The translations under genes were made by a program, and so were the position numbers. Under the pieces are notes generated by a model, which was not told where the DNA came from, searched no databases, and saw only the letters and a list, made by a program, of their open reading frames with translations. 64,000 nucleotides of DNA from Planctomycetota bacterium (GTDB lineage Bacteria; Planctomycetota; Planctomycetia; Pirellulales; PNKZ01), in NCBI GenBank assembly GCA_017303535.1, contig JAFLCO010000001.1, forward strand, positions 7,446-71,445, in the 5' to 3' direction. Of this stretch, positions 9,264-17,160 are shown in pieces. The number at the start of each line of letters is the position of its first letter. Within the stretch, counting starts at the first letter, position 1.

Positions 9264-10436
9264 CTACCAGCCCCAGCCGTAGCCGCCGCCGCCGTACCGC
9301 ATGTAGTCGACGGCGCGCCCGGTGGTGCCGTAGCCGCCGGCGCCGTACCCGTATCCTCCCGCACCGCCCCAACCACCGCCGTTGCCGTAGATGTTGGGCG
9401 TCGGCTTGTAGGTCTTCTCTTCCTGCGGCGTAGTCGTCGGAGCGGCCGGAACGCGATCCGGCACCGGGAACGTCATGCCGGAGGGGAGGCCCGGCACTAG
9501 GCTCACTTCGTTCTTGACCATTTGGTCGTTCGAGAAGCTCACGTGCTGTCGCGATTGACTGCCGCGGAAGATTTCGATGCGATCCATGCTGGCGACCGTC
9601 GGGTGCTTGACGCCGAGAATGCCTTCGAGCGTGTACTTGTTCGGCGTGACGGCGCCGAGACCGTTGCCTGCGCCTCGGAGAGCCAGCGACATGTCACCTT
9701 GGCCCATGACCGTCTTCACGACGTTGGCTTGGTCCGGCGTAACGGCGATGGTCACGCTGACGACGGCGGCGTTGTCGTAGTTGGCGCCGAACCCCTTCGG
9801 AGCGGCGGCCGAGCGATTTTGACGGATGTCCAAACCACCTTCGGTCGGGCCGCGTTCTTCCGTCGGCAAGCGGCCGACCGACAGCACTTCGACGTTTTCG
9901 AGCAACGTCACCGTAGTCGACGGGATTTCGAGCAGGCCGAGGCCAGGATTAGCGTCGCGCTTCTTCGAGCGGAAGAGGACGTCGACGAAGCTTCCTTCAA
10001 CGGTCGAACCGCCGACGGCCGCGAGGTTGTCGATCGGGATGGTCACCGCACGCATGCCCGGCTTCAGCTTGTCGGAAAGCTTCGGACCGGTGCCGGCCGG
10101 GTAGAGCGTCGTGGTGAGGATCGGCTCACCTTGCTTCACTTCGGTTTGAGCGATGCGGCCGATGATTTGGCTGCTGTCGAGCATCACGAGATTCAGATCG
10201 TACTTGCGCGACTTCATATCTTCGGCGGTCATCGGCACCAGAGCCAAGTCCGACAACGCAATCTGACGGCCGGCCGGAATCGTCACCGAGGCCAACGGCA
10301 CCGGAACGGTGCGCGGCGCGGCGGGCGGCTCCACGGCGGCGGGCGTCAGTGCGGCCCGCAGAGCGTACGCTCCGGCCAGGCCGAACAATAAGGCGAAAAT
10401 TCCGACGGTCATCGTGCCGGTACTAATACGGGCCAT
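9264..10436 (-). CDS. cpaB: Flp pilus assembly protein CpaB/RcpC-like with Gly/Tyr/Trp-rich C-terminal tail
   Basis: 390 aa. N-terminal TM segment MTVGIFALLFGLAGAYAL, a SAF-like region, and an upstream RBS gagaggaaag. The C-terminus is GNGGGWGGAGGYGYGAGGYG...GGGGYGWGW. Confidence 0.8.
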   Translation of the reverse strand: MARISTGTMTVGIFALLFGLAGAYALRAALTPAAVEPPAAPRTVPVPLASVTIPAGRQIALSDLALVPMTAEDMKSRKYDLNLVMLDSSQIIGRIAQTEVKQGEPILTTTLYPAGTGPKLSDKLKPGMRAVTIPIDNLAAVGGSTVEGSFVDVLFRSKKRDANPGLGLLEIPSTTVTLLENVEVLSVGRLPTEERGPTEGGLDIRQNRSAAAPKGFGANYDNAAVVSVTIAVTPDQANVVKTVMGQGDMSLALRGAGNGLGAVTPNKYTLEGILGVKHPTVASMDRIEIFRGSQSRQHVSFSNDQMVKNEVSLVPGLPSGMTFPVPDRVPAAPTTTPQEEKTYKPTPNIYGNGGGWGGAGGYGYGAGGYGTTGRAVDYMRYGGGGYGWGW

Positions 10437-10561
10437 GAAACACTTTCCTCTCTTACAGGGGCGACAACTTGCGGCTTAAAGGGCGGCGCCGCAGCGGCGT
10501 CGCAGACAAAATTCAAAACGGTTTCCCACGAGCGGACCGACGGGCAATCTCTATTCGCACT

Positions 10562-10987
10562 CTATTCGCAGCGCATGATGGTTTGCGCCACGACGTTTTT
10601 CTCTTTCAATCCGAACCCCAGGAACGCCAGCAGGTCGGGTGCGGCCGCATTCATCGGCACGCTGACCGTCACGGCGACGTCGTTGGACTGCGGATCAGGC
10701 TTCTCGACGTTCAGACTGTAGGTCGTGATCAACTTCTTTTTGGCGAGCGTTCGTTCGACGGCGGCGCGGATCGCCTGCTCGTCGGCTCCGCGAAACGACG
10801 CCGTGCGACAACCGGCCGAACTCGCTTCTTTCACGCGTTGACCGGCGCTCCAGAGCATGCCGAACTCGACCATGGCGCAAATGAGGCCGATCATGATCGG
10901 CAGCACGAGGATCAGTTCCATGCTCAAGACGGCGCCGAGCCTGCGACGGCCGGCGAGCTTGCGACGATGTTGTGCGTTGCGTTTCAT
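10562..10987 (-). CDS. TadE-like pilus-assembly (pseudopilin) protein
   Basis: Internal ATG at 10987 (MKRNAQHRRKLAGRRRLGAVLSMELILVLPIMIGLICAMVEFG), a TadE-type N-terminus. 141 aa. The 308-aa ORF upstream part is Arg-rich and overlaps cpaA. Confidence 0.7.
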   Translation of the reverse strand: MKRNAQHRRKLAGRRRLGAVLSMELILVLPIMIGLICAMVEFGMLWSAGQRVKEASSAGCRTASFRGADEQAIRAAVERTLAKKKLITTYSLNVEKPDPQSNDVAVTVSVPMNAAAPDLLAFLGFGLKEKNVVAQTIMRCE

Positions 10988-11010
10988 GGCGAAGCTTGTT
11001 CTTGGGTGAA

Positions 11011-11595
11011 TTACACGCCGAACAGTTGCGAGCGGAACGACCAGACCAGTACGACCCAAGCGGCCAGCGCGACCGGCACGCCGTACGGCATGAGGCGTCG
11101 CTTTTGCTTCCGGGCCACATCGGCTTCGGTGCTCGTGAGACCGCGCGTCTTGCGCTCGGTTTGTTCTTTGGAAAGGTACTTCCGTTTGACGTCGTACGCG
11201 CCGCGCTGAATCATCTGCCAGCCGAGCACGCCGATGCTGAGCGCGATCACGAAGCCGGTGCTCACGACGAACAGGATGAACGTATTCACCGGGCCGAACC
11301 AAGCGCCCAGCGCGCCCATGAGCTTGACGTCTCCCGCGCCGCCGCCGCCGGTGATCCAGAGGACGAACAGGATGCCGAAGCCGACGCCGAAGCCGGCCAT
11401 GGCCGTTAGCAGTGCGCTGCCGACGCCCGCGGCGCCGTCGGCCATACCGCCGCGCACGCCGTGAAAGACGAGCGCCGCCAGGAAGCACGGCACGGTCAGC
11501 CAGTTGGGGAGCCGTTTCGTGCGAAAGTCACAGACCGCGGCGACCAGCGTAAAGCCGATCACCAGCGCGAATTGGATGTAGTCGACGGTGTTCAC
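11011..11595 (-). CDS. cpaA: A24 family prepilin peptidase, CpaA/TadV type
   Basis: 194-aa polytopic ORF with CDFRTKRLPN (first catalytic Asp region) and GGGGAGDVKLMGALGAWFG (GxGDxKL motif). Confidence 0.85.
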   Translation of the reverse strand: MNTVDYIQFALVIGFTLVAAVCDFRTKRLPNWLTVPCFLAALVFHGVRGGMADGAAGVGSALLTAMAGFGVGFGILFVLWITGGGGAGDVKLMGALGAWFGPVNTFILFVVSTGFVIALSIGVLGWQMIQRGAYDVKRKYLSKEQTERKTRGLTSTEADVARKQKRRLMPYGVPVALAAWVVLVWSFRSQLFGV

Positions 11596-11767
11596 CGCGG
11601 CACGCCCTCAATAAAGAATAGCTCTGCGCACTCCGGCTAAATTCCAGAGTACTCACCAAGACAATAGGTTGCCGTTACTAACGAGCAAATCTGCGAAAGA
11701 GCTGCCGATTGTGCGGCTCGCGCGGAATAGCCCTTCGCCGCCGCTACGACCGGCACCATCGCACTCT

Positions 11768-11803
11768 CGGGTGCCTGGGGCATAGCGAAGCGGTGCCCCA
11801 GTG
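11768..11803. repeat. Family B hairpin repeat
   Basis: cgggtgcctggggcatagcgaagcggtgccccagt, with stem CTGGGGCA/TGCCCCAG. Near-identical copy at 15842-15877. Confidence 0.7.
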
Positions 11804-12208
11804 TTCCTGGGCCTTCGCCTTCGGCTCCAGACCCAGCCACCCGACATCGCCTAACGAAAACTTAGGTCGCAGTCCGCAACGCAAAAGCCGGTCCAACGGC
11901 GAAAACCGCGGACTTTCGACGACGCTGCGGCGTTTCGGCAACACGCGCTCCGCAGCGCGTGTCGACGTTCGGAAACACGCCGCCGAGCCGCGGTGCCGCG
12001 GATCGCGCCGCTTCAAGAATTCTGAAATTGCGTCGCACGCCGTAATTCGCAGTGTTTCAGCCGTCTTCGGCAACCGCCGTATGCGGCCGTGTTCACCTCA
12101 CGGCACGCCCGCTGCTTTAAGGCTTCCTCACCTTCGCAACGTCGCGAAATACAGAATGCCTGCCGCACAAAAATCAGTCCGCGTTACGCATCACAAGGGG
12201 AGCCTGCT

Positions 12209-12538
12209 ATGAAGACCGTTTTTGCTCGCATGTGGAATGAAGAAGCCGGTGCCGTCGTTTCCGCCGAAATCATGCTCGCCGCAACCATCCTGGTGCTCGG
12301 CGTGATCGTCGGCCTCAAGAGCGTCCGTGATTCGGTCGTCACCGAACTTGCCGACGTCGCCCAGGCCTTCGCCAACATCAACCAAAGCTATTGCTACAGC
12401 GGCACCAGCGGTCACGCCGGCCACACCGGCGGCGGCGACTTCCAAGACGGGGCCGATTTCTGCGACAACAACAACTCCTGGGGCGGCCAAGAATCGAAAT
12501 GCGTCAGCGTCGCCGCCTGGGGCGGTTCGGAGAGCTAG
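12209..12538 (+). CDS. Divergent Flp-like type IVb prepilin with C-terminal extension
   Basis: ATG at 12209 with RBS aaggggag. MKTVFARMWNEEAG|AVVSAEIMLAATILVLGVIVGL resembles the Flp G/xxxxEY leader plus hydrophobic helix. A ~60-aa Gly/His/Cys-containing tail follows. The gene is divergent from cpaA. Confidence 0.55.
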   Translation: MKTVFARMWNEEAGAVVSAEIMLAATILVLGVIVGLKSVRDSVVTELADVAQAFANINQSYCYSGTSGHAGHTGGGDFQDGADFCDNNNSWGGQESKCVSVAAWGGSES

Positions 12539-12693
12539 TCCGAACGTAACGAATATGCCGAGCCAAACCCGCTCCGGCCCTGAATCTCTCTCCTCCCCGT
12601 GATGCCCGACGCCTTCGGAACGCCCTGGTTCCGGAGGCGTCGGCATTTTCTTTTCCCGCCTGTTCGGACTATTTGGCGAACTATGTTTGCCAA

Positions 12694-12728
12694 GAACCCT
12701 GAACCTAGAACCCTGAACCCTGAACCGT
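12694..12728. repeat. Tandem heptamer array (GAACCCT)x5
   Basis: gaaccct gaaccta gaaccct gaaccct gaaccgt, ending 2 nt before ATG 12731. Related array at 21919-21960. Confidence 0.85.
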
Positions 12729-12730
12729 TC

Positions 12731-14491
12731 ATGAGCAGCGAACCTTCGTCGGCCGATGCCGCCGCGACTTCCACTCTCGCGACCGCAAGCCCCCTGGCCG
12801 AAGTCGCCGCGCCGCAGCCGCGCCGCACCGGCAACGATCCGGTATTGGTGCCCGTACTCGGTCCGCAGTGGGCCTTGCACTGGAAGCACCTGCTGGTGAC
12901 GCTCGCCTTCGGCACGTTGGCCGTGGTGCTGAATCACTTCCCCCTACGCGGCACCGATCTCTGGGGCCACTTGGAATGGGGCAAACAGATCATCGCCGAG
13001 CGTCGGCTGCCGACCGAAGACCCGCTCCAGCCGCTGGCCGCGGGCATGCGCGTGGTCGACCTCGGTTGGCTGTCGCAAGTCATCTATGCAGCCGTCGAGA
13101 AGGCCGGCGGGCCCGAGGCGCTCGTCAGCCTGTTCACGGCGACGATTCTGTTGTTCTATCTGGTCATCGCGCGCACCTGCTATTTGCAAACCCGCTCGGC
13201 TGTGCTGAGCACCCTGATTACGGGCGCCGCGCTGCTCTTGGGTTGGAGCCGCATCAGCACGATCCGGCCGGAAAACTTCGCTCTGTTGCTCTTCGCCGTG
13301 CTGTTGTGGTTGTTCGTAGGTCGCCGCGTTCGCCGCGATGCGTCGATTTTGCTGGACGATACCCACGGCGATTGGAAACTCTGGCTCGGCATCCCCGTGA
13401 TCTTCGCACTGTGGGCCAACCTGCACGGGTCATTTCTGTGCGGCCTCGGCCTCCTGGGCTGCTTAGTCTTGGGGCGGGCCTGCGAAGTCGTGCAAACAAA
13501 GAAGAGCATCACGGCCGTATTTCTCGATCGTGAATTTCGTCGCTTGGTCTACTGGACCGAACTGGCTGCGGCGGCCGTGCTCGTGAACCCCTACACGATC
13601 GACGCCTATATCGAAGCCCTGCGATTCTCGCGAAACCTGAACCTGCGTGAGATCGTGGAATGGGCGCCGCTCTCATTCAGTCATCCGGCGGGTAAGGAAT
13701 TTGCCGCGGCCGTCGTAGTGATCGGCTTGCTGCTGCGACATAGTCGCAAACCGTTTGCGGCTTCCGACGTGTTCGCTCTGCTGCTCTTCGGGGCCGCCGC
13801 CGCGTTGCAACTTCGCATGATCGGCTGGTTCGCCGCGGTGTGGGCCGTCGCCACGGCGCCGCACTTCGCCGACCTCGTCGCGCGCTGGTTTCCGGCCCGT
13901 GCGGCAAAGCCCGAAGTCGCGGAAGCCGACGCCGCGGTCGCTGACGAAGACGACGAAATTCCCGCCCTGCCGCCGGGCCATTCGTATCGTTACACGCTCG
14001 GCTGTGCCGGGCTCATTTGGATCGCCTTCGCCTTCACGACGTTCGCTCGTCCGCTGCTCGGCGGCCAACCCCGTTCGGCCGAAGCCCTCTTCGGCGAGCA
14101 ATCGCCGCAGAAACTCGCCGCGTGGCTGCAAAAGAATCCTTCGGCCGGTCAGGTGTTCAACCCGCAGTATTGGGGCGATTGGCTCGCCTGGGCCGGTCCG
14201 AGACCCATGAATCTGTTCGTCACGACGAACATGCACCTCACGCCGCGATCGGTGTGGCTCGACTACGGCCGCGTCACGGCGACGCAAGCGGGCTGGGAAA
14301 CGGTCCTCGATCGCTATCGCGTGCAAACCGTCATCGTCGACAAGGTGCTGCAACCGAATCTCGGCCGTGCGCTACGAACCTCGGGAGAGTGGTCGTTCGT
14401 TTACGAAGACGATCAGGCCCAAGTGTTCCGCCGTAAACCGAAGGCGCTTGCCGATGCCGGCAAACCCGCCGCTAAGCCTGCGGCTCACTAA
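12731..14491 (+). CDS. Large polytopic membrane protein, GT-C-like (ArnT/PMT-type) putative glycosyltransferase
   Basis: ORF 12599..14491. I place the start at ATG 12731, after the heptamer array (uncertain). There are more than 10 hydrophobic segments, a first-loop motif TDLWGHLEWGKQIIAERRLPTEDP, and a soluble C-terminal domain. Confidence 0.55.
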   Translation: MSSEPSSADAAATSTLATASPLAEVAAPQPRRTGNDPVLVPVLGPQWALHWKHLLVTLAFGTLAVVLNHFPLRGTDLWGHLEWGKQIIAERRLPTEDPLQPLAAGMRVVDLGWLSQVIYAAVEKAGGPEALVSLFTATILLFYLVIARTCYLQTRSAVLSTLITGAALLLGWSRISTIRPENFALLLFAVLLWLFVGRRVRRDASILLDDTHGDWKLWLGIPVIFALWANLHGSFLCGLGLLGCLVLGRACEVVQTKKSITAVFLDREFRRLVYWTELAAAAVLVNPYTIDAYIEALRFSRNLNLREIVEWAPLSFSHPAGKEFAAAVVVIGLLLRHSRKPFAASDVFALLLFGAAAALQLRMIGWFAAVWAVATAPHFADLVARWFPARAAKPEVAEADAAVADEDDEIPALPPGHSYRYTLGCAGLIWIAFAFTTFARPLLGGQPRSAEALFGEQSPQKLAAWLQKNPSAGQVFNPQYWGDWLAWAGPRPMNLFVTTNMHLTPRSVWLDYGRVTATQAGWETVLDRYRVQTVIVDKVLQPNLGRALRTSGEWSFVYEDDQAQVFRRKPKALADAGKPAAKPAAH

Positions 14492-14518
14492 CCCGAACGT
14501 ATTACTAGGGGCGCGTAA

Positions 14519-14551
14519 AGACTCCGGTCGCTGACGCGCCCGGCTCGCTGT
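14519..14551. repeat. Family C repeat (2 x CCGG(C)TCGCTG)
   Basis: agactccggtcgctgacgcgcccggctcgctgt. Copies at 26484-26516, 37474-37505 (rc) and 20918-20949 (rc). Confidence 0.8.
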
Positions 14552-14607
14552 TGATGTCGATCGCTGAATCACACACAACTCAATAATCTTCCGTCGTCGA
14601 TACTCCT

Positions 14608-15834
14608 ATGATTAAGTCCACCGGTGACGAACTGGCCAAGATTCGCAAGCCGAGCCTGGCGCTGTTTCTCGTTCCGCAATTGCTGCTGCTCACGGCAGGC
14701 ACGGTTTGGGGAGCGATCGAGTGGCGTCGTTGGGACGCCGATCTCGCATTGCCGCCGCTTCGCGAAACGCCGCTCACGATCCGCCCAACGTACGATAACC
14801 CGGTGGTCGTCAGCGATGAGCAGCTCGAGCGCGTGCTGTTAAAACTCCGCCCACGTAATCTCGGCGCGAAGACGAAGCTCAATCACATCGACCACGCCCT
14901 GCGGTTCTGGACGCCCAGCGCCAAGTTCGCGGATCCCGCGTTCTTCTCCGGCGAACAACTTCGCGGCATCCTGACAGACACGCGGAAGTTCCGCGCTCTG
15001 TTCGGCGATAAGACCTCGCCACTGCTGATCGATACGCCGTACGGCGTTCGCGTGCGCGTGCAAGAAGGGCTCACTTCGTCGAGCCACTTCGATCACACGG
15101 TCGCCGGCCTGGCCGAAGTCGGTACTCCGCTCAATTTTCCGGTCGTCACGCCGACGCACGTCACCACGTATCGGGCCATGGTCGATCAGGTCTTACACGA
15201 CTTCAATCTCAATCAGATCGAGTATGAATGGTCAGGCCTGACGATGATTTCGTTTCTGCCCCCCACAAAGTCGTGGCGGACGAGCGAAGGGCAGGAGATG
15301 AACTTCGACCGACTTGCCCTGAGGATGCTGCGTGAAGAAATGCCTCGCGGCGTCTGCTTCGGCAACCACCGCCTGCATACGCTCGTGATGTTTCTGCGAA
15401 TTGACGATCAGCAGCACGTGCTCGAGCCGAGCACCCGGGCCGAAGTCATTGCCTTCTTGCAAGACATGACCCGCCGCCTCGTGCAGCATCAGCACTCCGA
15501 CGGCTATTGGGACGGCCGCTGGCCCGATGAGCCGGCCGGCAGCGACGTGAAAGAAAATCTCAGCGGCGATGGATTGGCCGACCGAATTCTCGCGACCGGC
15601 CACGCCTTGGAATGGTGGTCGCTCGCACCGACCGAGTGCCATCCGCCGCGCGAAGTCTTGGCGAAGTCGGGCCAATGGATGGTGCGGACCGTCGAGAACC
15701 TCACGCCGGAGCAAGTCGAATCGTATTTCACTTATCTTTCGCACGCCGGTCGGGCGCTGGCGCTCTGGCGCGGCAAATTGCCGTATGAAGTGAAGCTCAA
15801 CGAAGTCGTCGCCGCGCCGGCGAACAAACCTTAG
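14608..15834 (+). CDS. Hypothetical membrane-anchored protein
   Basis: 408-aa ORF with coding-like GC3. One N-terminal TM segment (LALFLVPQLLLLTAGTVWGAI). No family recognised by eye. Confidence 0.6.
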   Translation: MIKSTGDELAKIRKPSLALFLVPQLLLLTAGTVWGAIEWRRWDADLALPPLRETPLTIRPTYDNPVVVSDEQLERVLLKLRPRNLGAKTKLNHIDHALRFWTPSAKFADPAFFSGEQLRGILTDTRKFRALFGDKTSPLLIDTPYGVRVRVQEGLTSSSHFDHTVAGLAEVGTPLNFPVVTPTHVTTYRAMVDQVLHDFNLNQIEYEWSGLTMISFLPPTKSWRTSEGQEMNFDRLALRMLREEMPRGVCFGNHRLHTLVMFLRIDDQQHVLEPSTRAEVIAFLQDMTRRLVQHQHSDGYWDGRWPDEPAGSDVKENLSGDGLADRILATGHALEWWSLAPTECHPPREVLAKSGQWMVRTVENLTPEQVESYFTYLSHAGRALALWRGKLPYEVKLNEVVAAPANKP

Positions 15835-15841
15835 CGCGTAA

Positions 15842-15877
15842 CGGGTGGCTGGGGCATAGCGCAGCGGTGCCCCAGTT
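15842..15877. repeat. Family B hairpin repeat
   Basis: cgggtggctggggcatagcgcagcggtgccccagt, with 2 mismatches to 11768-11803. Confidence 0.7.
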
Positions 15878-15983
15878 CTACGAGATGGAAATTGCGCGGC
15901 CGCGAGCTTTTCAAGCGTTCGCTCGTTTGCCATGATGGCGGGCCCGCCTCGGTTCCCGCCTCATCGCTTCCGGACATTCGCCC

Positions 15984-17156
15984 ATGATCGCTTCGCGCTC
16001 TCTGTTCGTCGCCGCCTCATTGTTCAGCAGATTTCTGTTCGGCTCGTCGGCGCTCGGCGAAGTTCCGCCCGAGTGGCGGCCGAAGGTTGTCGGCGGGGGC
16101 GAAGCACGCATTGCCGTGGCCGCGCCGACGGACGAGCGGTTCGCACATCTCTCCTGGCCGAAAGCCCATCGAGCGCCCGACGGTACGATCGTCTTGGCTT
16201 ACACGGCAGGCGTCTTTCACGGCGATCACGGCGGCGGGTCGCCGGCCGTATCGCTTTCGACCGACGAAGGCCGCACGTTCACCGCGCCGCACGTGCTCCG
16301 CGAGTTCGACCGCGATCACGACTACACGCAGAGCGGCAACTTGGCGATCGGCACGGCCGACGACGGCGCGCTGGTGCTCCTGGCGATGGCCTACACCGGC
16401 GGCCGAGGGGGCATCGTCGGCAAGGCCGGCGTCGGCAACAACATCTACGGTTGGCGCAGCACCGACAACGGCCGCACATGGACGCCGACCGACACCTCGA
16501 CGCTCGGCCCGAACAAGACCGGTTCGGTGTTCGGCCGCCTCGTCGATGTTCCCGGCCAGGGACTCACGGCGCTCGGCCACTACCGCGCCCCGGCGAAGCC
16601 TGCCGCCGGGATTTGGCTGGCCCAATCGAAAGACCAGGGCCGCACGTGGGGCGAGCCGCGACAAATCACCGAAGCCGACACGGCCGAACCGGTGCTCGTC
16701 GTCACGGAGAATCGCTGGCTGGCGTTTCTCCGCGGCAAGAAGGGCAATGGACGCCAGCACGTCGCCCACTCCGACGACGCGGGCAAGACGTGGTCGACGG
16801 AACTTTCCGAACTCGCACCACCGCCGAATTACAGCCTGGCCGCACCGTTTGCGACCGTGAACCCGGCCGATCCGAGCGAACTGCTCGTGCTCACCAACGA
16901 ACGGTCGGGCACCAAAGCGACGACGCCGAGCACCATTACGCTGTGGCGCGGCAAAGTCGACGACAGGAAATGGACCCGGGAGCGCGTGCTCGTCGAAATG
17001 CCCAAATCGGCCGACAACCCGAACAAAGACCTGGGCTACCCTTGGCTGCTCCACCAAGAGGGCGACCGCTGGCAGTTGTACTTCTACTACGGCCGCAGCC
17101 GCGGCGAATGTGCGCTTTGGGTGGCGGACGTAGCGATTCCCGCGAAGGCTCCGTGA
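15984..17156 (+). CDS. BNR/Asp-box repeat (sialidase-like) glycoside hydrolase family protein, secreted
   Basis: 390 aa. Signal peptide MIASRSLFVAASLFSRFLFGSSALG. Four Asp-box motifs are present: STDEGRTF, STDNGRTW, SKDQGRTW, SDDAGKTW. Confidence 0.8.
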   Translation: MIASRSLFVAASLFSRFLFGSSALGEVPPEWRPKVVGGGEARIAVAAPTDERFAHLSWPKAHRAPDGTIVLAYTAGVFHGDHGGGSPAVSLSTDEGRTFTAPHVLREFDRDHDYTQSGNLAIGTADDGALVLLAMAYTGGRGGIVGKAGVGNNIYGWRSTDNGRTWTPTDTSTLGPNKTGSVFGRLVDVPGQGLTALGHYRAPAKPAAGIWLAQSKDQGRTWGEPRQITEADTAEPVLVVTENRWLAFLRGKKGNGRQHVAHSDDAGKTWSTELSELAPPPNYSLAAPFATVNPADPSELLVLTNERSGTKATTPSTITLWRGKVDDRKWTRERVLVEMPKSADNPNKDLGYPWLLHQEGDRWQLYFYYGRSRGECALWVADVAIPAKAP

Positions 17157-17160
17157 CCGT

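Noticed and set aside
12009-12100. A shared regulatory motif upstream of the two Flp-like pilin genes (GAATTC-GA-AAAT-G ... CTTCGGCAA, also at 31190-31265 rc).
   Set aside because: Only short words match, their spacing differs (~48 versus ~20 nt), and their distances to the start codons differ (~190 versus ~265 nt). This is too weak to call without alignment statistics.
12694-12728. The idea that TGA-containing heptamer arrays act as three-frame stop insulators (7 mod 3 = 1).
   Set aside because: When I counted the phases, the 12694 array blocks only two frames, because one unit is a 6+1 variant with TAG in the same phase. The 21919 array has TGA only twice, both in the same phase. The frame of the downstream gene stays open in both.
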